Shown in pieces: positions 40,865 to 49,840 of a DNA stretch of 64,000 nucleotides. The stretch spans positions 2,726-66,725 of the forward strand of contig CAYMGP010000008.1 of the NCBI GenBank assembly GCA_964390045.1, in the 5' to 3' direction. Position 1 is the stretch's first letter; each line of letters begins with the position of its first letter. Both the position numbers and the translations under genes were made by a program. Under the pieces are notes generated by a model. The model worked only from the letters and a program-made list of their open reading frames with translations, did no database searches and was not told the origin of the DNA. This DNA is from an uncultured Spirochaetaceae bacterium (GTDB taxonomy: Bacteria; Spirochaetota; Spirochaetia; SZUA-6; DRHE01).

Positions 40865-41557
40865 ATGATGAGGATGATAAGACAGTCGATCGCCGGCCTC
40901 GCCCTGGTCCTATTGTTTTTCACGAACCATGCCGCCCGCTGCCAGGACTACGCAGCCTGGATCCGCAGCACGGACAGCCGCGATAATGCCCTTATTGCCG
41001 AGATGATCGAGCAGGGCGATCTTGCCGTCGCCCATGCGGTAGCAAGATCCCTGGCTGCGCGCGAGGATGCGAGGATCGAGGAGATCATCATCGCCGTAGA
41101 ACAAAAACGAGCGGGAGCGAGCCGCGGCTGCTGGGAGCGGGAGCTTATTCTGAGGGTTTTGCTGGCCGGAGTTTTTTCGTGGGAGCTGCAGGGCTCTGCA
41201 CTCGAAGAGCGCCTGCTCGCCAACAGAAATGCACTGGATTACCTGCTCGCCCATATCACGGAGTACGGCCTTCCCCTGAAGAGGGAGATCATCCGGCTGC
41301 TTTCGGCCCTTCACCCTCCCGAATACCAGCAGGTGCTGATGGCGGAGGGAAGGAAAATCACAGAGCTGTTGGCGCAACAGGAAGGCCGCCTGGAGGCGGA
41401 GCAGGCCGCTCTGATCGTTACGTTTCTCGATACCGTGAAAAAAACAGAAAATCCGGAGTTTGCCGATCTGGCGCTTACGATTCTCCGACTCAGCCGATAC
41501 CCCGAGGTGGCGGATAGGGCGAGATCGACGGCCCGCTCCCTGCTGCTGGGTCGCTGA
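40865..41557 (+). CDS. Secreted hypothetical protein (helical)
   Basis: Signal peptide; no motif. Confidence 0.4.
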   Translation: MMRMIRQSIAGLALVLLFFTNHAARCQDYAAWIRSTDSRDNALIAEMIEQGDLAVAHAVARSLAAREDARIEEIIIAVEQKRAGASRGCWERELILRVLLAGVFSWELQGSALEERLLANRNALDYLLAHITEYGLPLKREIIRLLSALHPPEYQQVLMAEGRKITELLAQQEGRLEAEQAALIVTFLDTVKKTENPEFADLALTILRLSRYPEVADRARSTARSLLLGR

Positions 41558-41575
41558 GCTGATTTGCCAGAAGGA

Positions 41576-42025
41576 TCAGAAGGATTTTTTCGAATCGAGG
41601 AGAATCGTTATGGGTCCGAAGTTCGTGTAGCGTACTTCCATAAGGGCGGCGAACTCTCCCGTCTGTACCGGCACCCCCTGCTTTCTTATCATTTCAACGA
41701 AGCGTCTGTAAAAGTCCCTGGCCATCTCCGGATCCGCGGCAGCCGTATAGGAGGGTCGTCGACCTCGTCTAGTATCACCGTATACGGTAAATTGGGAAAC
41801 AACGAGCACCTGCCCGTCTGCATCGATCACGGAAAGGTTCATCTTATCGTTTTTGTCGGGGAAGATGCGCAGGTTCACCACCTTGTCGACCAGGTAGCAA
41901 AGATCTTGCTCTGAATCCTGGCGGCCGACACCGAGGTATACGAGCAATCCATGCTCGATATGACCGCAAACGCGCCCGGCAACGCGAACCGAGCAATCTT
42001 TCACTCGCTGCACTACCGCTCTCAT
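41576..42025 (-). CDS. dtd: D-aminoacyl-tRNA deacylase
   Basis: MRAVVQRV...GLLVYLGV N-terminus and C-terminal SQFTLYGD motif; 149 aa. Confidence 0.85.
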   Translation of the reverse strand: MRAVVQRVKDCSVRVAGRVCGHIEHGLLVYLGVGRQDSEQDLCYLVDKVVNLRIFPDKNDKMNLSVIDADGQVLVVSQFTVYGDTRRGRRPSYTAAADPEMARDFYRRFVEMIRKQGVPVQTGEFAALMEVRYTNFGPITILLDSKKSF

Positions 42026-43137
42026 GGAGACCTGTATAACCTGTGTATAGACACACCGGAGAGGGAAAGCAATCCATTGTCGATGTTTACCCGCGCCAGC
42101 ACCTCGACTCCGTCACCGCTGCTCAACTCCGCTGCGAAATCCAGGGTTACGGGCACCAGTCCGAGGAGCTCTTTTTCCTGCTCGTAGCCGACGAGCAGAT
42201 CAAAGGTGATCGCCTCTTCACCGACACGTAGGTTTGCCGCTTTGCCGCTCCACACCACATAACTGTCCCTGTACAGTTCGGGATTTTCGATCACTTCGAG
42301 GTAGGAGAACGTATCTTTCACAGTTGAAAAATCAGGTTGCTCAACAAATGTTTTCATCAGACGGGCTTTTTCCTTCACGTAGGCGGAGGCATTGGAGAGA
42401 AGAAGCCTGTTGATCTCTCGTATCGCCAGATTGTCCCTGTATTCGAGAAGATAGTCCTTGATGCCTTGAAAGTTCTCGTCGATCTGCTTCTCCGTGAAGA
42501 CAAAAGAAACTTCACTGCTCTCGCTGCCCGCACCTTCCCCTTCGGCTGGCGTTAATTGGCCAGCGATCAGGGACTGAGTACCCGTCAGCTGCACTTCCGC
42601 TACCCCGGGTCGTAATAACCGTTTCTCCTGTACGGCGGGAAGGATCAAAAAGTAGCCGCAAAAAATAGCTGCTAAAACAAGGACCAGCAGAATCGGCGCC
42701 CACCACAGCCAGGGACTTGAGGGCAGAGGGGGAAGAATCGATGGCAAGCGCAGAGAATCGACCCGAACCTCGGAACCTTCCCACACGGAGTTTTTACGCA
42801 GCGTGTTCAGGGCATGATTCGCGCTTCTGTTGCCCGGATCGAGGTCGATCACCTTCAACCAGATTTTCAAGGCCGCCTCTGTTTGTCCACGCTTGAACTC
42901 GATAGCCGCCAAGCCCAGCAGCGCCGGTATATCATCCGAATTCAGCTGCTCACAGCGACGCAGATACGATTCCGCCCCCCCGAAATCGCCCGTGTACAGA
43001 CAGGCCGAGCCGAGAAGGGAGTAGAACTTGGCGTTGTTTCTGTAGCGGAAGATCTGGTTTTCCAACAAACGGATGGCGTTGGAAAACCTCCTCCTTCTTA
43101 GGAGATGGTGGGCCCGTGTTAGTACGCTTTTCGGCAT
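42022..43137 (-). CDS. Membrane-anchored TPR-repeat protein
   Basis: N-terminal TPR units, central TM helix (WLWWAPILLVLVLAAIFCGYFLIL); 4-nt overlap with dtd. Confidence 0.55.
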   Translation of the reverse strand: MPKSVLTRAHHLLRRRRFSNAIRLLENQIFRYRNNAKFYSLLGSACLYTGDFGGAESYLRRCEQLNSDDIPALLGLAAIEFKRGQTEAALKIWLKVIDLDPGNRSANHALNTLRKNSVWEGSEVRVDSLRLPSILPPLPSSPWLWWAPILLVLVLAAIFCGYFLILPAVQEKRLLRPGVAEVQLTGTQSLIAGQLTPAEGEGAGSESSEVSFVFTEKQIDENFQGIKDYLLEYRDNLAIREINRLLLSNASAYVKEKARLMKTFVEQPDFSTVKDTFSYLEVIENPELYRDSYVVWSGKAANLRVGEEAITFDLLVGYEQEKELLGLVPVTLDFAAELSSGDGVEVLARVNIDNGLLSLSGVSIHRLYRSP

Positions 43138-43177
43138 TCTGGTCGCTGGGGTATTCTCGGATTTATATTATTCTACA

Positions 43178-44305
43178 CTACTGAGCACCGGAATACCTCT
43201 CTGACCTATCTTTTATATCAGAAAGGATTTGCTCCATCAACCGAATGTCTTCATCACTGATATCGGCACCGGGGGACAGCTTGTCCTCGATGGCTTCGAG
43301 CAGCTTGTTGAGGTGGTCGAGGTCCTGCAGAATCGCGGCGGGGATATCTTCGAAATCTCGAGAAGAAGTGCGCAGCTGCTCGCCGAGAGCCTCGAGGGTT
43401 GCTCCGGCGGTTAGGGACGCCGCCGCCTGCGGTGCTTCACCGGAAGCCCCGAGCGTCATATCTCCCAGTATGATCGACACCTCCCGGCTGCCCCGTGCCT
43501 TCAACGTCTCAGGCTCATAGTACAGGCAAACCGCGGAATCGTTGATTGAGTAAGGCATGAGATTGAAGTTCCTCTTGGTTGAAGTCTGGTAGCCCCAGGA
43601 AGATTCACTCAGGCGCTTCCAATTGGCAAACACGACCTCGTCGGGAGACGTTACTTCGGGGCCTGCTGTCAGACAAAACAGCCCCACATCTTGCGAGGAT
43701 TGTGAAGGACCGGACTGCCAAAAACGCACCATATTTCCCGTGGAAATGGAAAGCTCGCCGCGAATTTCTTGGTGCCGGTCGGTCGAAAAATGAGAAAGGG
43801 TTTCTTCTCCCAAATAAGTATCCAGACAGAGCCGCACACCGGCGGTTAACTCGCCGCGCGTCAGGTTTTCTATGCGGATAGACATCCTCACCCCGTCCGC
43901 CTGAGCCGACGCGGATGAAGACACGGGTAGGAACTCTTGAACAACCCGAACCGTCTTGGATTCCCAGAGGAATCGTGCCGGTCTTCCGGAGGAAGCTTTT
44001 TCAACGCGCTCTGAAAACTCGGCCGTATCCCCCATTTTGTAGATCTTGTTGTTGACGACCAGGTTAAGGCCCGAGGTCCGAGGATCCCGGTCCACAAATA
44101 GGGGAATGAACCGCGCTCCGGCCGGCTCGCCGGAGGGCGCGCCCTCCGGGGCGCTGCGAATATAGAGGGAGAACCTTCCTATCCCCTCGTGAAGCACCAG
44201 GCGCATCCGCCCTTCCCTGACCTCGAGCGCCTGTACGGCAGGCACAGAGAGGATCGCAATCAGAGCGGCAACGCCAAAAACGCCAAAACGTCTCCAACCT
44301 GTCAT
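43178..44305 (-). CDS. Secreted hypothetical protein
   Basis: Signal peptide (GVFGVAALIAILSVPAVQA); 4-nt overlap with the upstream TPR gene. Confidence 0.45.
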   Translation of the reverse strand: MTGWRRFGVFGVAALIAILSVPAVQALEVREGRMRLVLHEGIGRFSLYIRSAPEGAPSGEPAGARFIPLFVDRDPRTSGLNLVVNNKIYKMGDTAEFSERVEKASSGRPARFLWESKTVRVVQEFLPVSSSASAQADGVRMSIRIENLTRGELTAGVRLCLDTYLGEETLSHFSTDRHQEIRGELSISTGNMVRFWQSGPSQSSQDVGLFCLTAGPEVTSPDEVVFANWKRLSESSWGYQTSTKRNFNLMPYSINDSAVCLYYEPETLKARGSREVSIILGDMTLGASGEAPQAAASLTAGATLEALGEQLRTSSRDFEDIPAAILQDLDHLNKLLEAIEDKLSPGADISDEDIRLMEQILSDIKDRSERYSGAQ

Positions 44306-45327
44306 TTTTCCTGTTCCGTGCTCTCAGAGAGGGTTCGCAGCAGGCTTTCCTTCACGGTCAGTGCCCGCTCCTTGAGTCGCAGTGCCCTCTCCTTGTTCTC
44401 GAGAGCCTCCAACCTGGCCGCGGTCTCTGAGCTCGCTTCGGAGTCCGTTTGCGTCGAGATAGAGGCAATTTCGGCTTCCAGGCCGGCGATCTCGCTCTTC
44501 AATGCGGCGTTTTCCTGCATCATCACGTCGAGATCCTGTTTGTCTACGCCCTGCGCCTGGTCCTCGCCGTGCGTCAGGGCCGAGAGCTTGCGCTGGTACA
44601 CTGAAATAGCCTGCTCGTATGCTTTTTCCCTCCGCTGAAACTCTTCCACGGATTTCAGCGCTTCTTCATGGCTCCATTTCAAGAGCTTGAGCAGCTCGTT
44701 TTCCCTCTGCTTGTACTCGATGAGGGACAGTCGATAATAGGAGGCTTCAACCTTGACGCTCTTCGGATATTCCTCCGTCACCATGTTAAACATCCGCGCC
44801 GCTTCTTCCAAATGCCCTAAAACGAACAGACACTCTCCCACCCAAAAATAGGCGCTGCCTATGAAATCCGAATCCGGGTATTCAGAGATGAAACTCTCCA
44901 GGGCCTGGATGGCGCTCTCCGGATCCTGCTGAAGGTACAGCAGCCTGCCCTTCTGATATGAGCCGTCCGGGTACAGAGGGTGGGCGGGAAAGTTACTCAG
45001 GAAATATTCGAGATTTCGCTCGGCTTCCTCGTACATGTCGATTGCCATGTAGGCTCTGGAAATCCAGTAGTAGGCATCCGCTGCCCTGTCCTCCGCTTCC
45101 GGATCGAAGACCAGCTCCCTGAAGCTGCGAATCGCTTCCTCATATCGCTCTTCTTTGAACAAAAGCAGGCCCTGCCGCAGCCTGTCTCCGCCGAAATCCT
45201 CTTGGGCGAAGGCGAGAATGGGAAGTAGAAAGAGAAAGACGAAAAGAAGTGTTTTGCGAACCATGACTCCTCTTTTATTTTTCGACCCGCAGCAGAGGAA
45301 ACTGTATCTATTATTGTTTACCGACAT
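44302..45327 (-). CDS. Secreted TPR protein with C-terminal coiled coil (YbgF/CpoB-like architecture)
   Basis: Signal peptide, 3-4 TPR units, then an E/A/L-rich heptad coiled coil. Confidence 0.5.
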   Translation of the reverse strand: MSVNNNRYSFLCCGSKNKRGVMVRKTLLFVFLFLLPILAFAQEDFGGDRLRQGLLLFKEERYEEAIRSFRELVFDPEAEDRAADAYYWISRAYMAIDMYEEAERNLEYFLSNFPAHPLYPDGSYQKGRLLYLQQDPESAIQALESFISEYPDSDFIGSAYFWVGECLFVLGHLEEAARMFNMVTEEYPKSVKVEASYYRLSLIEYKQRENELLKLLKWSHEEALKSVEEFQRREKAYEQAISVYQRKLSALTHGEDQAQGVDKQDLDVMMQENAALKSEIAGLEAEIASISTQTDSEASSETAARLEALENKERALRLKERALTVKESLLRTLSESTEQEK

Positions 45328-46106
45328 CTCAGAGCTGTGATCTCCTTTTCCGGATGCCTCGAATCGAATATTGCGGAACCGACGACCAAAACATCGGCTC
45401 CCGCCTCGATAGCGAGCTTGCAGGTTTCCCTGTTTATACCGCCGTCAACCTCGATCAGGTACTGGTACCCGTCACGAGCCCTGAGCTCGGCAAGATACCT
45501 GACTTTGTCCAAAGTCTGGGGAATCAGCTTTTGCCCGCCGAATCCCGGATTCACGGTCATCACCAGAATCAGATCTACATCGGGCAGGACCTCGGAAAGC
45601 ATGTTCGCCGGAGTGGACGGTACGATGGATACGCCCGCTTTTTTCCCAAATTCTTTGATTTCTCTTAAGACCCTGTGCACGTGGGTGGTGCTTTCGAAAT
45701 GGATCGTAATACTGTCCGATCCAGCATCGGCAAACTTGCCTACATAATTTTCAGGACGGACGATCATCAGGTGCGTGTCGAAAGGCAGGCTGCTGTGCGG
45801 GCGAAGGGCAGCCACCATGCCCGGGCCAAAGGTGATATTCGGTACATATACGCCGTCCATCACGTCCAGATGTACCCAGTCTCCCCCTCCCTGCTCCACT
45901 AGTTTGACAGCGGCTGCCAAATGACCGAAATCGGCGGAGAGAATGGAAGGTGCGACAAGGGGTCGATTTTCCATGGGATCATGATAACAGAAAGATAGCA
46001 TCCGATGCAAAGGGTCAGCCCCATCGAGATTGACTAAACTCTTCATCATGCTATAATTACCTATCCGAGTTAGTTTGCAGCTCTCAGGCAGGGTTCTTAA
46101 GCGCAT
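45318..46106 (-). CDS. rpe: Ribulose-phosphate 3-epimerase
   Basis: PSILSADFGHLAAAVK...HLDVMDG motif. Confidence 0.9.
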   Translation of the reverse strand: MRLRTLPESCKLTRIGNYSMMKSLVNLDGADPLHRMLSFCYHDPMENRPLVAPSILSADFGHLAAAVKLVEQGGGDWVHLDVMDGVYVPNITFGPGMVAALRPHSSLPFDTHLMIVRPENYVGKFADAGSDSITIHFESTTHVHRVLREIKEFGKKAGVSIVPSTPANMLSEVLPDVDLILVMTVNPGFGGQKLIPQTLDKVRYLAELRARDGYQYLIEVDGGINRETCKLAIEAGADVLVVGSAIFDSRHPEKEITALRCR

Positions 46107-46181
46107 CCTTGCTGGAAGAACATACGCATTACATACAATGTTTTTATTGATGTTTTAGAAATCCTTCCACTGGATAAGTCT

Positions 46182-47129
46182 ATGGCAGAAAGGCAGCTTA
46201 CGTTTAAAGAAAACGAGATCATACAAATACTGAATAAGGTCTATCTGAGCTTCAAGGCCGGGCAATTCAAAGAAGCTAGCACCATGCTGGAAAAAGCCCT
46301 CGAAATCGACTTCGAATCGGTGGACGTGGCCAATGCGTTGAAGTGTGCGAATTTCTGGCTCGAACGGGAAGACAGGTTGGCTGCAATCTCGGGAGCTTAT
46401 GAGAAGGGGGAGTACTATCTCAATCAGTGGAAGGTGTTTTCTGGCTTCATCTCGCGAATGGAAAAGCTATCCGAACGATGCCTGTTCAATATTAAATACT
46501 ACATCTTCGGGAAAGCGATGGACCACTATCTAACGCTGCACAACGAGGCGGATCTCAGTGATCCCGAAATCCTGTTTCGCATAGGTCGCTGTCATAAATG
46601 TCGGGGCAACTATGAAAATGCGATCAATTTCTTGGAGCAGGCCGGTCACCACAAACGCGACGATGCAGCGATTTTAGCCGAGCTGGCGGACTGCTATGCG
46701 CTGGTCAGCGAGAACAGGGCCTCAAAGGTGTTTTTCCGGGAAGCGTTTTTCATAGATCCCCAGTCGATAGAGCTTTCGTACCTGGAGTCACCGATCATTC
46801 AACGCCTCGTCGACAAGCTGAAGGGTAGATTCGGCGAGGCTGGAGCGGAGCTTCAAGAATGGATTCCCGTTTACGGTACGATCTTTGGTCTTTTCAACGT
46901 GAAACGGGAGCTGCGTCCTTTGGAGTTGGGGAAACTGAAGCAAGCCATCTACCAGCTCGAGAAAGAGGTCGAACAGGGACAAAAGCGTGTGACGCCGAGG
47001 TTGATCAATCACTATTTTTGGCTTATCGACCACTACTTGAACAGCGGTGAGGATCGGCAGAAAATCGAAGAAGTGCTGGGAAAAATAAGGGACCTCGATT
47101 CGGAGGTCCACGGTGAATATGTAAATTAG
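46182..47129 (+). CDS. Hypothetical cytoplasmic TPR-like protein
   Basis: Helical repeat composition; immediately upstream of greA. Confidence 0.45.
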   Translation: MAERQLTFKENEIIQILNKVYLSFKAGQFKEASTMLEKALEIDFESVDVANALKCANFWLEREDRLAAISGAYEKGEYYLNQWKVFSGFISRMEKLSERCLFNIKYYIFGKAMDHYLTLHNEADLSDPEILFRIGRCHKCRGNYENAINFLEQAGHHKRDDAAILAELADCYALVSENRASKVFFREAFFIDPQSIELSYLESPIIQRLVDKLKGRFGEAGAELQEWIPVYGTIFGLFNVKRELRPLELGKLKQAIYQLEKEVEQGQKRVTPRLINHYFWLIDHYLNSGEDRQKIEEVLGKIRDLDSEVHGEYVN

Positions 47130-47146
47130 CTTGTTAGGAGCACAAT

Positions 47147-49837
47147 TTGTCTGAACAATTAGTGAAACAGGTTACCGAGTTGCTCAATGAAGAGAAGTGG
47201 ACTCGTGCAACTCTAAACAGCTATTCCATCAACAACTTCGTTGAGTTGGATGACATCGTCGCTACGACGAGGGAAAAAAAAGCGGAAAACGATGTTTTGG
47301 AGGCCTGTGAAGAGCACCTAAGACACACCCGCAATAGCATTATCGGGCTTTATCTCTCCGGTATCATCTCGCTGAGCAAACAACTCGTGGATGATTCCAA
47401 TCTCATCGTATTGATAAACATCTTCATGGACAACCATAAATGGAACATCGTCGAGTATTTATGCAACAGAATCCTGGAGTATGGCGAGAATAAATTCGCG
47501 CTCAAAACACTGGCCGACGTCCATGAGAATAAAAACGAGCAGGAGCTGAAGTTTCAGACCTGGGAGCGTTATATCAAGGTCGACTACGAAGAAGCTGAAA
47601 TCGTTAAGCTGCTGGCCGACAGGAAAGAGGAAGAGGGGGACCTGGAAAGCGCCGTAGAATATTGGAAGAAAGCCCTTCATCGCTTTATCAATAAGAAGAT
47701 GTTTTCCAACGTCCGGGAAGTGTGGGAAAAAATAATTGAGTATGCCCCGGAGGACGTGGAGTTCTTCTTCTCCGTCGAACGCAAGATCGTCAAAGTCCTC
47801 AGCGGCGACAGGGCGGCCCAGCTTCTCACCTTTCTCGTTCCCCATTACAAAGAAAAAGAGGATTGGGACACGACGATCGAATTGTTGAAACGCATACTGT
47901 CCTATGAACCGAAAAACGGCGAGGCCCGAAAAGAGATCGTGGATTGTTTCCGCCAGAAATACGACGGCCACAGCCAGCTCGACGAATACTTGCGCATCTC
48001 CAATCTCAGCCAGAGCTGGCGAAACGTACACGATGCCATCGCAGATTTCGAAAAACACATTTCCTTTGACGTAGGGAACTACGTGTATCACAGCAGCTGG
48101 AAGATCGGTCTTATCAAAGACATCCAAAACGATATCATCATCATAGACTTCGCCTCAAAACCGGAGCACAAGATGAGCCTGAAAATGGCGGTGAGCGCTC
48201 TCAAGGTATTGAGCTCGGAGCATATCTGGGTGCTCATTCACACTCGTCCCCAGGCGGAGCTGAAGAAGCAGATCAAAGAAGACCCCGTGTGGGCGTTGAA
48301 AACAGTGATTCGCAGCTTCAACAACGCGGCGGATATCAAAACGATCAAAGAGCAGCTTGTACCTGCAATCCTCACCGCCGGCGAGTGGTCAAAGTGGAGC
48401 ACGGAGGCCCGGAAAATCCTGAAAACCGACCCGATTTTCGGTAATGTTCCTGAAAAGCTCGACAGGTACACGGTGCGAGACAAGCCGATCTCTTTCGAAG
48501 AGAAAACCTTCAACAAGTACAAGGCTCAGAAAAACTTTTTTGATAGAGTACAAACATTGAGGGATTTCTTGGAGCACGCCGAACCGGACTCCGACTACTT
48601 CGCCGAAATGCTTTCCTACTTCACAGGTTTCCTGAAATCCTTTGCTTCGATCAACGAGCTGGTTATCTCAAGCTATATGCTGGTCCAGCAGCTTGTCACC
48701 GTTTATCCATACTTGAATCCAGGCTTGGACTTCACTTTTGAAAATCTGATTGAGCAGGTGGAGAACATCGAGGATTTTTTCACGAAGATCAACGACGCGG
48801 AGCTGAAGCGGACGTTTCTCGTCCAGCTCTACCAGTTTTGCCCGGATTGGCCTGCGGTTTACATCCGGCTGTTCCTCGCCTACCAGAGCAAGTTTATCGT
48901 GGACGAGCTGGTCCGAAATAAAAAATGGGATACGTTAAAGGAACTGATATCGCAGATCCTTTCACACCACAGGGAGTACCGTGAAGCCTACGTATGGGTT
49001 GCTCGCAACCTTCTCGGGGAGTCCTGGTTCTTGAAAATGGATGTCAGCCAGGAAAAGCTCCTTATCGGCATGATCCATTTACTCGATATCTCCTTCCGGG
49101 AAATCAATAACAAGCGCGATGTGAGCTTCAACAGGAAGATCAACAAGCAGGTCCAGGACTTCCTTTTCAAGGACAATAAACTGCTCGACTATATCATCGA
49201 GACAGGAGAAGAATCCATAACGCGGCTGTACACATTAGTAGACGAGGTAAAAGAGCTCAACCCATCCGTCAAGATCAGCTTAAAACAGCGAATCAAGAAA
49301 AAGTACCCCTTATACCAGTTTCTCGGAGATCAAGAAAAAGAAACGATCAGCATGGGTCTGCTGACCACCCGCACCAGTTATGAAAACAAACAGAGGGAGC
49401 TGCGCGATATTGTGGAGGTGCAGATACCGGAAAACTCCCAGGAGATAGGCACCGCCATGTCCAAAGGCGACCTGCGCGAAAATGCAGAGTACAAAGCGGC
49501 TCTCGAGAAGCAGGAGCTGCTCAATTCCGGAGCTTCCAAACTCCAGGAGGAGCTTCAGAATGCGCAGATCTATACGGACAGCCATGTCAGCACGGATTCC
49601 ATATCCTTTGGCGTTCGTGTGCGCTTGAAGAACATGAACAACGACGCACTGGAAGAGTACACGATTCTGGGACCCTGGGAATCCAACCCCTCCAAGAGCG
49701 TCATCTCCTACCGCTCTCCCCTCGGCGCAGAGCTGATGAATCACAAGATAGGCGATCGCTTGAGCTTCGTGATCAGTGATCAAAACTTCGCCTACGAAAT
49801 AATGGGAGTAGAAAAGGTTGATCTTTCCGAGTATTAA
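47147..49837 (+). CDS. greA: Transcription elongation factor GreA, long spirochaete-type form with ~740-aa N-terminal extension
   Basis: C-terminal ~150 aa match GreA: acidic finger/coiled coil KGDLRENAEYKAALEKQELL, then FKBP-like domain (YTILGPWESNPSKSVISYRSPLGAELMNHKIGDRLSF). Confidence 0.7.
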   Translation: MSEQLVKQVTELLNEEKWTRATLNSYSINNFVELDDIVATTREKKAENDVLEACEEHLRHTRNSIIGLYLSGIISLSKQLVDDSNLIVLINIFMDNHKWNIVEYLCNRILEYGENKFALKTLADVHENKNEQELKFQTWERYIKVDYEEAEIVKLLADRKEEEGDLESAVEYWKKALHRFINKKMFSNVREVWEKIIEYAPEDVEFFFSVERKIVKVLSGDRAAQLLTFLVPHYKEKEDWDTTIELLKRILSYEPKNGEARKEIVDCFRQKYDGHSQLDEYLRISNLSQSWRNVHDAIADFEKHISFDVGNYVYHSSWKIGLIKDIQNDIIIIDFASKPEHKMSLKMAVSALKVLSSEHIWVLIHTRPQAELKKQIKEDPVWALKTVIRSFNNAADIKTIKEQLVPAILTAGEWSKWSTEARKILKTDPIFGNVPEKLDRYTVRDKPISFEEKTFNKYKAQKNFFDRVQTLRDFLEHAEPDSDYFAEMLSYFTGFLKSFASINELVISSYMLVQQLVTVYPYLNPGLDFTFENLIEQVENIEDFFTKINDAELKRTFLVQLYQFCPDWPAVYIRLFLAYQSKFIVDELVRNKKWDTLKELISQILSHHREYREAYVWVARNLLGESWFLKMDVSQEKLLIGMIHLLDISFREINNKRDVSFNRKINKQVQDFLFKDNKLLDYIIETGEESITRLYTLVDEVKELNPSVKISLKQRIKKKYPLYQFLGDQEKETISMGLLTTRTSYENKQRELRDIVEVQIPENSQEIGTAMSKGDLRENAEYKAALEKQELLNSGASKLQEELQNAQIYTDSHVSTDSISFGVRVRLKNMNNDALEEYTILGPWESNPSKSVISYRSPLGAELMNHKIGDRLSFVISDQNFAYEIMGVEKVDLSEY

Positions 49838-49840
49838 CGT

